Part shown: positions 35,854 through 45,111 of the stretch, piece after piece
How positions within the stretch are numbered: the stretch's first letter is position 1
How the letters are laid out: the number at the start of each line of letters is the position of its first letter
From: an uncultured Chloroflexia bacterium
GTDB taxonomy: Bacteria; Chloroflexota; Limnocylindria; QHBO01
NCBI GenBank assembly: GCA_963816215.1
Contig: CAWFKB010000005.1
Span: 5,309 to 69,308, forward strand
DNA: 64,000 bases
Direction of reading: 5' to 3'
Notes under the pieces: model-generated
Databases searched by the model: none
The model's input: the letters and a program-made list of their open reading frames with translations, nothing else
Told to the model about the DNA's origin: nothing
Made by a program: the position numbers and the translations under genes

Positions 35854-36591
35854 ATGTCCTGGGATGCTCGCGCCGTGGCTGATCGGATCGAGTCGGACCT
35901 CCGCGCGATCGGCACCCCCGAGCGCGCGGAATCGGAGAAGCGATACCTCAAGAGCGAGCTGACGTTTCTCGGAGCCACCGTCTGGCAGATTCGGGACGTC
36001 GTCAAGGCCGCGCCGGACGCGCAGGCGCTGGACCACGATCGGCTCGTTGCCCTTGTTGAGACACTGTGGGCGACGCTGATCTTCGACCGCCGCATGGCCG
36101 CGGCCATGCTTCTGGAACTGCATCCAGAGCTCCTCACCCGCACCGACGTGTCGCTTCTTGAGCGGCTTCTACGCGAATCACTGACCTGGGCCCTCGTCGA
36201 CGGGCTGGCGGCGAACGTGGTCGGTGGCCTGAACCGGGGCGACCCCGCCATGGAACCGATTCTCGACCGCTGGGCCGCGGACCCCGACTTCTGGATTCGA
36301 CGCTCATCACTCCTGGCGGAGCTCATGCCACTGAAAGATGGGGCCCCAATGGGGCCGTTCCTGCGCCGCGCCGATGCGATGCTCGAGGAGAAGGAGTTCT
36401 TCATCCGCAAGGCCATCGGCTGGGTGTTGCGCGAAGTCGGGAAGAAGCGGCCGGCCGAGGTCGTGGCCTGGCTTGCGCCGCGCACGGCGCGCGCCTCCGG
36501 GGTCACCATGCGTGAGGCCGTCCGCTACCTGCCGGAGGCCGATGGCGAGCGGCTGATGGCCGCCTACCGGGAGAAGCGCCCCGCCTCCTGA
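35854..36591 (+). CDS. DNA alkylation repair protein (AlkD-like HEAT-repeat family)
   Basis: Start MSWDARAVADRIESDLRAIGTPERAESEKRYLKSELTFLG matches the N-terminus of AlkD/DNA_alkylation family proteins. Helical repeats follow. Confidence 0.6.
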   Translation: MSWDARAVADRIESDLRAIGTPERAESEKRYLKSELTFLGATVWQIRDVVKAAPDAQALDHDRLVALVETLWATLIFDRRMAAAMLLELHPELLTRTDVSLLERLLRESLTWALVDGLAANVVGGLNRGDPAMEPILDRWAADPDFWIRRSSLLAELMPLKDGAPMGPFLRRADAMLEEKEFFIRKAIGWVLREVGKKRPAEVVAWLAPRTARASGVTMREAVRYLPEADGERLMAAYREKRPAS

Positions 36592-36716
36592 ACCCAAAGG
36601 TACCCCGCGGGTCCCATGCATCTGGGAGGGGCTGTCGCGGGCTGTTGGTGCGCCGACGCACCGGGTGCCCGATTCTCCTATCGACCACGCTGGGCGCCGA
36701 CCGTAGTTTGATCCCC

Positions 36717-38567
36717 ATGCCGCTTCTGCGGAAGCCACGCGACTCGTCCGCCCGATCTCGACGGCCGGTTCTTCTGGTGCTTGTCTTCGGCATCTTCCTG
36801 GTGCTCATCGGTGTCACCGCGACCGCGCTTGTCGCGATCACCGCCATGCACCTGTCGAGCGCCACCCTGAACGCGGTCGTGTCGCGAGACCGATCCCTGG
36901 TCGAGCTGTTCGTGAACGGCAACATGTCCTCCTCGGACATCGACGCCAATGGACCAAGCCGCGCATCCGCCGACAAGCTCGAGTCCATGCTGGGGACGCT
37001 CACCACCCAGGACGAGATCCTGCGCATCGACCTGCGCGCAGTGGACGGCACCATCCTGGCCAGCTCGTCCCCGGGCCTCCGTGGCACGACGCCACCCCCT
37101 TCGGAGGCTATGCAGACAGCCCTCGATGGAACGCCGAGCGTGGCCCTGCTCGATTCGACCGCCGCAAGCGACGCCGGCGGCGCCAGGCTGGACACCGACC
37201 AGGTCGTCCAGGAATACCTGCCCCTCTTGTCGGACCAGGGCAAGCCTCTCGCCGTGGTCGCCCTGTGGCGCGACGCCGCACCACTTCTCGCGGGCGTCGA
37301 CTCCGCCCGGCGCGACATCGTGGTCGTGACCCTGGCCGCCGCCGTTCTGCTGGGCTTCGTCCTCCTGGGCGTGTTCTGGGCCGCGCAGAAGCGCATCCTC
37401 CGCCAACAGGCTGACCTGGTCGAGGCCGAGCGCCGCGACCCCTTGACCAACCTGCTGAATCACGGCGCCGTGGTGAACCTGCTTGCGGCAGCCGTCGAGC
37501 ACGCTCGGACCAAGGGCGGCCACTTTGGGCTGGCCCTCATCGACATCGACAACTTCCGCCTGTTCAACGAAGCCCATGGTCACGAGGCGGCCGACCAGGT
37601 CCTCCTCCGGGTGGCCGACCAGCTCGACCAGGAGGACGGCGAAGGCAAGTCCATCGCCCGCTATGGTCCGGACGAGTTCCTGATCTTCCTGCCCAGCGGG
37701 GGCCAGCCCGAGATGGAAGCGGCGGTGGGACGGCTGCGGGCCGGTCTGTCCACGCTCAGCGTCCAGTTCGGCGAATCCGAGCAGCTCCCGGTCACGGTGA
37801 GCGCCGGCATCTGCCTCTATCCGCTCCACGCCGACTCGGTGACCGAGCTCCTGTCGGCCGTTACCGTGGCCGTGGGCGAGGCCAAAGCCAGCGGCGGAGA
37901 CGCCGTCGTGGTCGCCCCCCTGGGCGAGGAGCGCCAGAAGGCGGTGACGGGCAGCTTTGACGTCCTCCAGGGGCTGGTCATCGCGGTCGACTCCAAGGAC
38001 CGGTACACCAAGCGCCATTCCGAGGACGTCGCCCGCTACGCCGTGTTCCTCGCCGCCCAGCTCGGCCTCGATTCCGAGCTGCGCCGCACGATTCATCTGT
38101 CCGGCCTGCTCCACGACGTGGGGAAGATCGGCATTCCCGACCACCTCCTGCGCAAGCCGGGCCGGCTGACCGCGGAGGAGTTCGACGTCTTCAAGCAGCA
38201 TGTGGCCCTGGGCGACTCGATTGTCCGGGACATCCCCAACGTGGACATCGTGCGGGCCGGCATCCGTCACCACCACGAGCGATGGGACGGCCGGGGCTAC
38301 CTCGACGGCCTGGAGGGTGGCGACATCCCGATCATCGCCCGCGTCCTGGCGGTCGCCGACGCCTTCTCGGCGATGACCACCACCCGGCCCTACCGCAAGG
38401 CGCTGAGCGTCGAAGAGGCGCTCAAGCGACTGGGTGATGCCGCCGGAAAACAGCTCGAGGAGGACCTGGTCACCATCTTCATCAAGGGAATGGAAACGGC
38501 ACCCGATGCACCGATTCCGGCCGAACGACCGACCGGGATCTGGCGTCCCGCCGAGTGGGTGGCCTGA
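36717..38567 (+). CDS. Membrane sensor with degenerate GGDEF (GPDEF) domain and HD-GYP phosphodiesterase domain
   Basis: TM helix, periplasmic region, second TM helix, then a GGDEF domain whose signature reads RYGPDEF, then HD-GYP motifs HDVGKIGIPDHLL and HHERWDGRGY. Confidence 0.75.
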   Translation: MPLLRKPRDSSARSRRPVLLVLVFGIFLVLIGVTATALVAITAMHLSSATLNAVVSRDRSLVELFVNGNMSSSDIDANGPSRASADKLESMLGTLTTQDEILRIDLRAVDGTILASSSPGLRGTTPPPSEAMQTALDGTPSVALLDSTAASDAGGARLDTDQVVQEYLPLLSDQGKPLAVVALWRDAAPLLAGVDSARRDIVVVTLAAAVLLGFVLLGVFWAAQKRILRQQADLVEAERRDPLTNLLNHGAVVNLLAAAVEHARTKGGHFGLALIDIDNFRLFNEAHGHEAADQVLLRVADQLDQEDGEGKSIARYGPDEFLIFLPSGGQPEMEAAVGRLRAGLSTLSVQFGESEQLPVTVSAGICLYPLHADSVTELLSAVTVAVGEAKASGGDAVVVAPLGEERQKAVTGSFDVLQGLVIAVDSKDRYTKRHSEDVARYAVFLAAQLGLDSELRRTIHLSGLLHDVGKIGIPDHLLRKPGRLTAEEFDVFKQHVALGDSIVRDIPNVDIVRAGIRHHHERWDGRGYLDGLEGGDIPIIARVLAVADAFSAMTTTRPYRKALSVEEALKRLGDAAGKQLEEDLVTIFIKGMETAPDAPIPAERPTGIWRPAEWVA

Positions 38568-39562
38568 TGCGACGACGGGGGGCGATTCTCGCGGCGTCCA
38601 TCGCGACCGCGACCCTGGCTCTGATCGGCCCGGTCGGGGCCGTCGTCGTCCCCTGGACGTTGGTCGGCGGCCCGATCACGGCGACGGTCTTTCAGTCCAC
38701 CACGTACACCTTCACGGCGACCAACACGGGCCAGTCCAACGGGGTGGGATGCGTCGAGGTCGACTTTCCGGTTGAGTTTGTGATCGAGTCACTGGGAACC
38801 CCGGTCGGATCCGATGACGGAGGGTGGTCGTCCACGATCTACGGGGGTACGAATTGGGTGCTTGTCCACGCCGGCTCAGGCGGCGAACGCCTCGAAATCG
38901 GCCAATCCGTCACCTTCAGTGTGCAGGCCCAGGCGACCCAACCCGGAGCCTACGACTTCATCAACCACACGCACCGGCGCCAGGACTGCACGGGCGCCCA
39001 GGTGGATGGGCTCCCATGGGCCATGGTCGTCGCCCCCGTCATCGTCGCCACGCCAACCCCGGTCCCAACGCCGGTCCCAACCCCCGTCGCGACGCCGGTC
39101 CCAACCCCCGTCCCCACACCCAAGCCGACGCCGATTCCGACACCCGTCCCCACCACGGAACCGGTAGCGACGCCAGCGGTCGATCCGACGCCCACCGGGC
39201 GCCCGACGCCTTCGCCAAGCCCGACCGCCTCGCCGCGTTCGACCACTCTGGTGATCCCAGCCGCCGCGCCACCGCCGACCGGTCCCGGCTCGGCGCCGGC
39301 CGCCGTCCTCGCACCCCTGCAGGACACCGAGAGTGGCACGTCGTCGGTCGGTGTGGGTACCGAGGTATTCGCCCTGTTGAACGGCCCGCTGGTGTGGTTC
39401 GTCCCCGGTGCCGTCGTGGGCGTCCCCGGCCTGTTGGTCATGCTGTGGATCGCGCTCCAGGCCTTGGGCACATTGGCCTGGATCCCGGCCGTGCGTCGGA
39501 TGAGCGGTGACGAGATGCCCATCCGCCGCCGCCGCCGGCCCGGGCAGGCAATGGGGGCCTAG
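38567..39562 (+). CDS. Secreted/cell-surface protein with Pro-Thr-Val repeat linker and C-terminal membrane anchor
   Basis: Signal peptide MRRRGAILAASIATATLALIGPVGA, a beta-rich domain, a (PTPVPTPV)n linker at about 39040..39150, and a C-terminal hydrophobic helix plus an RRRRR stop-transfer. Confidence 0.5.
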   Translation: MRRRGAILAASIATATLALIGPVGAVVVPWTLVGGPITATVFQSTTYTFTATNTGQSNGVGCVEVDFPVEFVIESLGTPVGSDDGGWSSTIYGGTNWVLVHAGSGGERLEIGQSVTFSVQAQATQPGAYDFINHTHRRQDCTGAQVDGLPWAMVVAPVIVATPTPVPTPVPTPVATPVPTPVPTPKPTPIPTPVPTTEPVATPAVDPTPTGRPTPSPSPTASPRSTTLVIPAAAPPPTGPGSAPAAVLAPLQDTESGTSSVGVGTEVFALLNGPLVWFVPGAVVGVPGLLVMLWIALQALGTLAWIPAVRRMSGDEMPIRRRRRPGQAMGA

Positions 39563-41196
39563 GCCAGGGGCGTTTCGGGATCCCAACCCTCGAGCCGCTT
39601 ACGCACATCGGCCATGAAGTAGCCGACCTGGGCGCCGTCGAGGACGCGGTGGTCGAATGAGCAGGTCATGTTCATCATGTGCCGGACGGCGATCACGTCG
39701 GCGCCATCCACCTCGATCACCTTGGGCCGCTTGACAATGGCTTCCATCGACAGGATGGCCACTTCGGGGGCATTGATGATCGGCATCGATGAGATCGACC
39801 CGAACCACCCGGTGTTGTTCACGGTGAACGTCCCGCCCTGGATCTCGTCGAGCTTGAGCCGGTTGGAACGAGCCCGGGCGGCGAGGTCCTGGACCTTACG
39901 ATTGACCCCGCTGATCGAGAGCTGATCGGCGTCAGCGATAACCGGCACCACGAGACCATTTTCCACGGCGACCGCGATGCCGATGTTCAGGCGGCTCTTG
40001 AGGATGATCCGATCTCCGGCGAACTGGCTGTTCATGGTCGGATGGGCGCGCAGGCCTTCGGTGACGGCCTTGATCACGACCCCGACGTAGCTGATGCCAG
40101 TCCCCTCGCGGGCCTTGTACGCCTCGTTGTTCGCCTCACGCCAGCGGACCACGTTGGTCATGTCGACCTCGACCACGGTGTAGGCGTGGGGGACGGTCTG
40201 CTTGACCTGGGTCATCTTGGCCGCGATGCCCCGCCGCATCTGGGTCATCGGCCACTCCACGTCGCCACCAATGGGCGCGGGAACGGCGGCTTCCGGAGCA
40301 GGAGCCGGCGCGGGCGAGGGCGCTGAAGGTGCTGGTGCTGCGGGTGCGGGCGCCGGAGTCGCCGCCACGACCGGAGTCGCCGGGGGAACGGCGGCGGCGG
40401 CCGCGGCCAACGGCGGCGGGGGAGCGACGACGGGTGACGGTGCTGCCGGCTCGGGTTCTGGTGCTGCCGGCTCGGGTTCTGGTGCTGCCGGTTCGGGTTC
40501 TGGCACCGTCTCGGCCGCTGGAGCCGCAGCCGCCGCGCCTTCGCGTCCCGCCACGAATGCCAGGACGTCGTCACGGGTGACGCGCCCACCAGCCCCGGTG
40601 CCGGGGATCTCGGTCACGTCAAGATTGTGCTCGCGGACCAGGCGGCGCACGGCCGGCGTCATCCGCATCGAGCCATCGGTCGCCAGATCCTCTTCGGCCA
40701 CAGCCGTAACCGCGGCCATCGGATGCGGCTCGGGTTCGGGTTCCGCCACGGGCTCGGGCGCTGCTGCCGGCTGTGATTCGGAAGCCGCCTGGGCGATCGC
40801 GATGTCCTCGGTGATCGGTTCCGCTGCCTCGCTCGCCGGCGGCGCCTCGAGCTCGGGTTCGGGGGCCTCAGGGAGGGCAGGCGACTCGGCGGCGGCGACC
40901 GGCTCGGCCGCTTGCTCAGCTGCGGGCACGGGCTCCGGGGCCGCTGCGGCGCCCTCGCCGTTCTCGCTGATCTCGGCCAGGGGCGTCCCGACCTTCACCG
41001 TCTGCCCGTCGCCGACCAGGATATTGGTCACCACCCCGCCGACTTCGGCAGGGACTTCGGCGTTGACCTTGTCGGTCACGACCTCGAACAACGGGTCGTA
41101 CTGGGCCACGCTGTCGCCCACCTTGACCAGCCATCGCTCGATGGTGCCCTCGGTGACCGACTCGCCCAGCTGCGGCATCTTGATCGTGGTTGCCAT
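39559..41196 (-). CDS. Dihydrolipoamide acyltransferase E2 (single lipoyl domain, long Ala/Pro linkers)
   Basis: Lipoyl domain MATTIKMPQLGESVTEGTIERWLVKVGD...VTDKVNAEV, a peripheral subunit-binding domain, and the catalytic motif DHRVLDGA at the C-terminus. Confidence 0.85.
   Translation of the reverse strand: MATTIKMPQLGESVTEGTIERWLVKVGDSVAQYDPLFEVVTDKVNAEVPAEVGGVVTNILVGDGQTVKVGTPLAEISENGEGAAAAPEPVPAAEQAAEPVAAAESPALPEAPEPELEAPPASEAAEPITEDIAIAQAASESQPAAAPEPVAEPEPEPHPMAAVTAVAEEDLATDGSMRMTPAVRRLVREHNLDVTEIPGTGAGGRVTRDDVLAFVAGREGAAAAAPAAETVPEPEPAAPEPEPAAPEPEPAAPSPVVAPPPPLAAAAAAVPPATPVVAATPAPAPAAPAPSAPSPAPAPAPEAAVPAPIGGDVEWPMTQMRRGIAAKMTQVKQTVPHAYTVVEVDMTNVVRWREANNEAYKAREGTGISYVGVVIKAVTEGLRAHPTMNSQFAGDRIILKSRLNIGIAVAVENGLVVPVIADADQLSISGVNRKVQDLAARARSNRLKLDEIQGGTFTVNNTGWFGSISSMPIINAPEVAILSMEAIVKRPKVIEVDGADVIAVRHMMNMTCSFDHRVLDGAQVGYFMADVRKRLEGWDPETPLA
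40439..40501 (-). repeat. Three tandem copies of a 21-nt unit encoding (EPEPAAP)3 in the E2 linker
   Basis: ggtgctgccggctcgggttct repeated three times on the plus strand, in-frame within the E2 gene. Confidence 0.8.
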
Positions 41197-41216
41197 CGGT
41201 CCGGAACTCTAGCCGA

Positions 41217-42206
41217 TCAGAACGCGGCCAGCCGACGCGCGGCTTCGGCAATGCGCTCGGGGTTGACCATGAACCAGTCCTCGAGGTTGTGGGCGAACGG
41301 GACGCCGGGCACCTCGGGACCGGTGAGGCGGGTAACCGGCGCATCGAGGTGTTCGAAGCCGCCCTCCGCGATGACGGCGGCGATCTCGCCCCCGAAACCG
41401 CCGAACCCATTCGCCTCGTGGACGACGAGCGCGCGACCAGTGCGGGCGACCGATGCGAGGATCGTCTCGGTGTCGAGCGGGCGGAGGGTCCGAAGATCCA
41501 CGACCTCGGCCTGGATCCCGTCCTGGGTGGCGAGCGCTTCGGCGGCCTCCAGTGCGCAGTAGCGCATGTACCCGTAGCAGAAGATCGACAGATCGGTGCC
41601 TGCTCGAGCCACCACCGCCGGACCGATGGGCACGAGTCCATCGCCGTTGTCCGGGACGCCGGCCTTGAACAGCCGATAGGTCTTCTTGTGCTCGAAGAAC
41701 ATGACCGGGTCGGGGTCACGGATGGCCGCCTTGAGCAGGCCGTAGGCGTCGGCCGGAGTACCCGGGGCGACAACCTTGAGCCCAACCGTCGCGGTGAAGT
41801 AGGCCTCGTTGGACTGCGAGTGGTACAGGGCGCCGTGGACGCCGCCGCCGTACGGCATGCGGATGACGAGGGGCACCCCGAACGCCCCGTTGGAGCGGAA
41901 GCGCATACGGGCGATCTCGCTCACGATCTGGTTGAAGGCGGGGTACACGAAGTCGGCGAACTGGATCTCGGCCACCGGCCGAAGGCCGTAGAGCGCAGCG
42001 CCCATGGCCGCCCCTGCAATGAGGCCCTCGCTCAAAGGCGTGTCGAGCACGCGCTTGTCGCCGTACTTGGCCCACAGGCCATCGGTGGCGCCGAAGACGC
42101 CGCCTTTGCGGCCCACGTCTTCGCCCATGACCATGACCCGGTCATCCGCGGCCAGTTCCTCGTCCATGGCCCGCCGAATCGCCTCGAGGATGTTCATCTC
42201 GGCCAT
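41217..42206 (-). CDS. 2-oxoacid dehydrogenase E1 component beta subunit
   Basis: Start MAEMNILEAIRRAMDEEL (M55 of the track ORF, top 42206). Transketolase-like Pyr and C-terminal domains. Confidence 0.85.
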   Translation of the reverse strand: MAEMNILEAIRRAMDEELAADDRVMVMGEDVGRKGGVFGATDGLWAKYGDKRVLDTPLSEGLIAGAAMGAALYGLRPVAEIQFADFVYPAFNQIVSEIARMRFRSNGAFGVPLVIRMPYGGGVHGALYHSQSNEAYFTATVGLKVVAPGTPADAYGLLKAAIRDPDPVMFFEHKKTYRLFKAGVPDNGDGLVPIGPAVVARAGTDLSIFCYGYMRYCALEAAEALATQDGIQAEVVDLRTLRPLDTETILASVARTGRALVVHEANGFGGFGGEIAAVIAEGGFEHLDAPVTRLTGPEVPGVPFAHNLEDWFMVNPERIAEAARRLAAF

Positions 42207-42207
42207 G

Positions 42208-43212
42208 TCAGGACCCGTCCGCATAGACGTGGCGCATGATGGTCGACAGGTCAGGCTCGGGGTGGGCCTCGGCCCGGGCGGCGGCCTCGACCACAGACGC
42301 CTTGACCTCGGCCCGCAGCGCTTCGTCGGCGGCGTCGTCCAGCAGGCCCCACTCCCGGAGGCTGGCACCCAGGCGAGGGATGGGGTCGTTCTCCTTGAGC
42401 GCCTCGACCTCGGCGGAGTCGCGGTACCGCCGCTGGTCGTCGTCCGAGGAGTGGCTCGTGAGGCGAACCACGTGGGCCTCGATCAGGGTTGGGCCGCCGC
42501 CGGATCGGGCCCGCTCGTGCGCCTCCCGACCAGCCGCATAGCAGGCCAGCAGGTCGCCACCGTCCACCTCGATCCCCGGGAAGCCGTACCCCGCCGCGCG
42601 GGCGGCCACCGAGCCGCCACCCACCTGGCGTGCCAGCGGGACACTGATCGCGTACCCGTTGTTCTCGCACACGAAGATGACGGGCAGGTGCAGGACGCCG
42701 GCGAAGTTCATGCCCTCGTGAATCTCGCCCTGGTTGGCGGTTCCCTCGCCGAAGGCGGTCATCGCCACCGCGTCATCCCCGCGCACCCAGGCCCCCAGGC
42801 CCAGCCCCACGGCGTGGAGCACCTGGGTGCCCACCGGGGAGCTCACGCTGAGGATGTTGTGCGCTGCGGCGCCGTAGTGCCCCGGCATCTGGCGGCCGCC
42901 CGACGAGATGTCGTCACCCTTGGCCAGGTGGGCGGTGATGATGTCCTCGGGGGTCATCCCAAAGGTCATCGCCGAGGCGATGGACCGATAGAAGGGCGCG
43001 AGCCAATCGTGGTGCTTGCGCAGGGACCAGGCGATGCCGACCTGGGCCACCTCGTGGCCCTGGACGCTGATGATGAAGGCAATCTTGCCGGCCCGCTGCA
43101 TCAGCCACATCCGTTCGTCGACGGCCCGGGCGGTGAGGACCTGGCGGTACATCGCCAGCACGTCCTCATCGGTCAGGCCCAGCGCGCGGTGGGGTGCCTC
43201 GGTCATGGTCAT
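42208..43212 (-). CDS. 2-oxoacid dehydrogenase E1 component alpha subunit (TPP-binding)
   Basis: TPP motif GEGTANQGEIHEGMNFAGV...VCENNGYAIS. Confidence 0.85.
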   Translation of the reverse strand: MTMTEAPHRALGLTDEDVLAMYRQVLTARAVDERMWLMQRAGKIAFIISVQGHEVAQVGIAWSLRKHHDWLAPFYRSIASAMTFGMTPEDIITAHLAKGDDISSGGRQMPGHYGAAAHNILSVSSPVGTQVLHAVGLGLGAWVRGDDAVAMTAFGEGTANQGEIHEGMNFAGVLHLPVIFVCENNGYAISVPLARQVGGGSVAARAAGYGFPGIEVDGGDLLACYAAGREAHERARSGGGPTLIEAHVVRLTSHSSDDDQRRYRDSAEVEALKENDPIPRLGASLREWGLLDDAADEALRAEVKASVVEAAARAEAHPEPDLSTIMRHVYADGS

Positions 43213-43215
43213 CGG

Positions 43216-44634
43216 TCAGATGTGGATCGCGGCCCCGTCGACGGCCAGGGCGGCCTCGGCCAGGACCTCGGTCAGGGTGGGATGAGGATGAACCGACATC
43301 GCGATCTCCTCCGCGGTCCCTTCCACCAGGCGCGCGAACGTGGGCTCCGCCAGCAGGTCGCCGGCGTGGGCACCGATGATATGCGCCCCGAGCAGCTCCC
43401 CGGTCTGCGCATCGGCCACGAACTTCGCGAATCCGTCCACCTCGCCCACGATCGTCGCCTTGCCCAGCGCCCGGAATGGGAAGGACCCGATCTTCACCGC
43501 GCGGCCGGCCGCGGCGGCATCAGCCTCGCTCATGCCCACGCTGGCGATCTCGGGTCGGCAGAAGGTGACGCGCGGCATGAGGTCCATCCGGATCGGATCG
43601 GGCTCCAGCCCCGCGATGGTCTCGACCGCCAGGACCGCCTCGTGGCTGGCCACGTGGGCCAGCGCATAGCCGGGCACGATGTCACCGATGGCGTACAGGT
43701 GCGGAACGTCCGTCCGCAGATGGCCGTCGACCAGGACGTAGCCGCGCTCCATGCGCAGGCCGTCCAGCTGCTCCAGACCGATGTTCTCGGTCACGGGACG
43801 CCGCCCAATCGCGACCAGGATCCAGTCGCTCCCGACCTCGGTCCGCGTACCGCCGTCGTTGGCGATGATCGCGTGGCGGATGCCGGCATCGGTCCGCTCC
43901 AGCGAACCGGGGTCGATGGTCGATGCGGTGTGGACCTCGATCCCGCGCTTGCGGAACAGGCGATGGAGCTCCTTGCTGACCTCCGCGTCCTCGAGCGGCA
44001 CGACGCGGTCCAGGAATTCCACCAGGCGAACCTGGGCGCCGAGGTCGTGGTACAGGCTCGCCCACTCCACGCCGATCGCGCCGGCGCCCACGATCGTGAC
44101 CGATTCGGGGATCCGGTCGCGCTTGAGCGCCTCGTCCGAGTCGATCACTCGGTCCTGGTCCACGTCCAGGCCGGGGAGGGCCTTTGGCGCGCTGCCGGTG
44201 GCCAGGATGAGGTCGGTGGCACTGGCCTCCAGCTCGCCGGACTCGCCCCCGCCCACCCGAACGCTGGTGGGACCGGTGAGGACCCCGTGCCCGCGCAGGA
44301 TGGTCACGCCGTTCTTCTTCATGAGGAACTCGACGCCCTTGACGTGCTTGTCGACCACAGCGTCGCGGCGCTGGCCCAGCGCAACGGGATCCACGCCCAG
44401 CCCATCGGTCCCGGTCAGCCCGAACTCGGCGCCCTGCTCGCGGGCGCGGTGGAACAGGCCGGCCGTCTCGAGCAACGCCTTGGACGGGATGCAGCCGCGG
44501 TTGAGGCATGTCCCGCCCATTCGGTCCCGTTCGACGAGACCGACCTTCATCCCGAGCTGCGCCGCCCGAATGGCGCCGACGTAGCTCATCCCGCCGCCCA
44601 GGATGAGCAGGTCGTATCGCTGCTCGTCGTTCAC
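43216..44634 (-). CDS. lpd: Dihydrolipoyl dehydrogenase (E3)
   Basis: FAD motif DLLILGGGMSYVGAIRAAQLG, redox disulfide GGTCLNRGCIPSK, C-terminal dimerisation HPHPTLTE. A GTG start at 44634, abutting the thioesterase stop, is preferred over ATG 44685. Confidence 0.85.
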   Translation of the reverse strand: MNDEQRYDLLILGGGMSYVGAIRAAQLGMKVGLVERDRMGGTCLNRGCIPSKALLETAGLFHRAREQGAEFGLTGTDGLGVDPVALGQRRDAVVDKHVKGVEFLMKKNGVTILRGHGVLTGPTSVRVGGGESGELEASATDLILATGSAPKALPGLDVDQDRVIDSDEALKRDRIPESVTIVGAGAIGVEWASLYHDLGAQVRLVEFLDRVVPLEDAEVSKELHRLFRKRGIEVHTASTIDPGSLERTDAGIRHAIIANDGGTRTEVGSDWILVAIGRRPVTENIGLEQLDGLRMERGYVLVDGHLRTDVPHLYAIGDIVPGYALAHVASHEAVLAVETIAGLEPDPIRMDLMPRVTFCRPEIASVGMSEADAAAAGRAVKIGSFPFRALGKATIVGEVDGFAKFVADAQTGELLGAHIIGAHAGDLLAEPTFARLVEGTAEEIAMSVHPHPTLTEVLAEAALAVDGAAIHI

Positions 44635-45074
44635 TTCGGTCGCTCCAGGCTGCGGCCCTCGTACCTTTCGAAGGCCGCGCGCCATTCGGCGGGGACGGGG
44701 ATCGGCTGCTCCGTCCCGTAGTCGTAGGCCACCAGCACGGTCTGCGCCTCGGCCGCGAGGCGGGTCTCGGCCTCATCGCCGTGGCCGGCCGTCATCCGAT
44801 GTGAAAGGGAGAAGCTCGTGCGCCCGATCCAGTCCACGCGGCTGTCGACCACCACGCTCATCCCGAACTCGATCGGGGCACGGTAGTCCACGTCAATGGC
44901 GGCCAGGATGACGGGCATCTCCTGGAAGACCTCGACATGGAGGGTATCGATCAGATAGTGGATGCGAGCCTGCTCGAGGTAGGTCACGAACGCCGCGTTG
45001 TTGACGTGGCGAAAGGCATCGATGTCCCGAAACCGGACCTCGAGGCGGGTTCGGTGGCGATAGGCATCGGTCAC
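44631..45074 (-). CDS. Hotdog-fold acyl-CoA thioesterase (YbgC/4HBT-like)
   Basis: 147 aa, RFRDIDAFRHVNNAAFVTYLEQAR 4HBT signature. Confidence 0.7.
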   Translation of the reverse strand: MTDAYRHRTRLEVRFRDIDAFRHVNNAAFVTYLEQARIHYLIDTLHVEVFQEMPVILAAIDVDYRAPIEFGMSVVVDSRVDWIGRTSFSLSHRMTAGHGDEAETRLAAEAQTVLVAYDYGTEQPIPVPAEWRAAFERYEGRSLERPK

Positions 45075-45111
45075 GGACTGCCGATTCTAGCCGCCCGCGC
45101 CCGAATCCCGG

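Noticed and set aside
34770-36509. 579-aa ORF for lipA
   Set aside because: The N-terminal 232 codons are Ser/Arg-rich and antisense to the AlkD-like gene. LipA begins at MSRDFSSLGEL (top coordinate 35813).
42004-44721. 905-aa plus-strand ORF, and the 364-aa ORF 43682..44776
   Set aside because: They are antisense or alternative frames of the E1alpha and lpd genes. They have no motifs and homopolymeric amino-acid runs.
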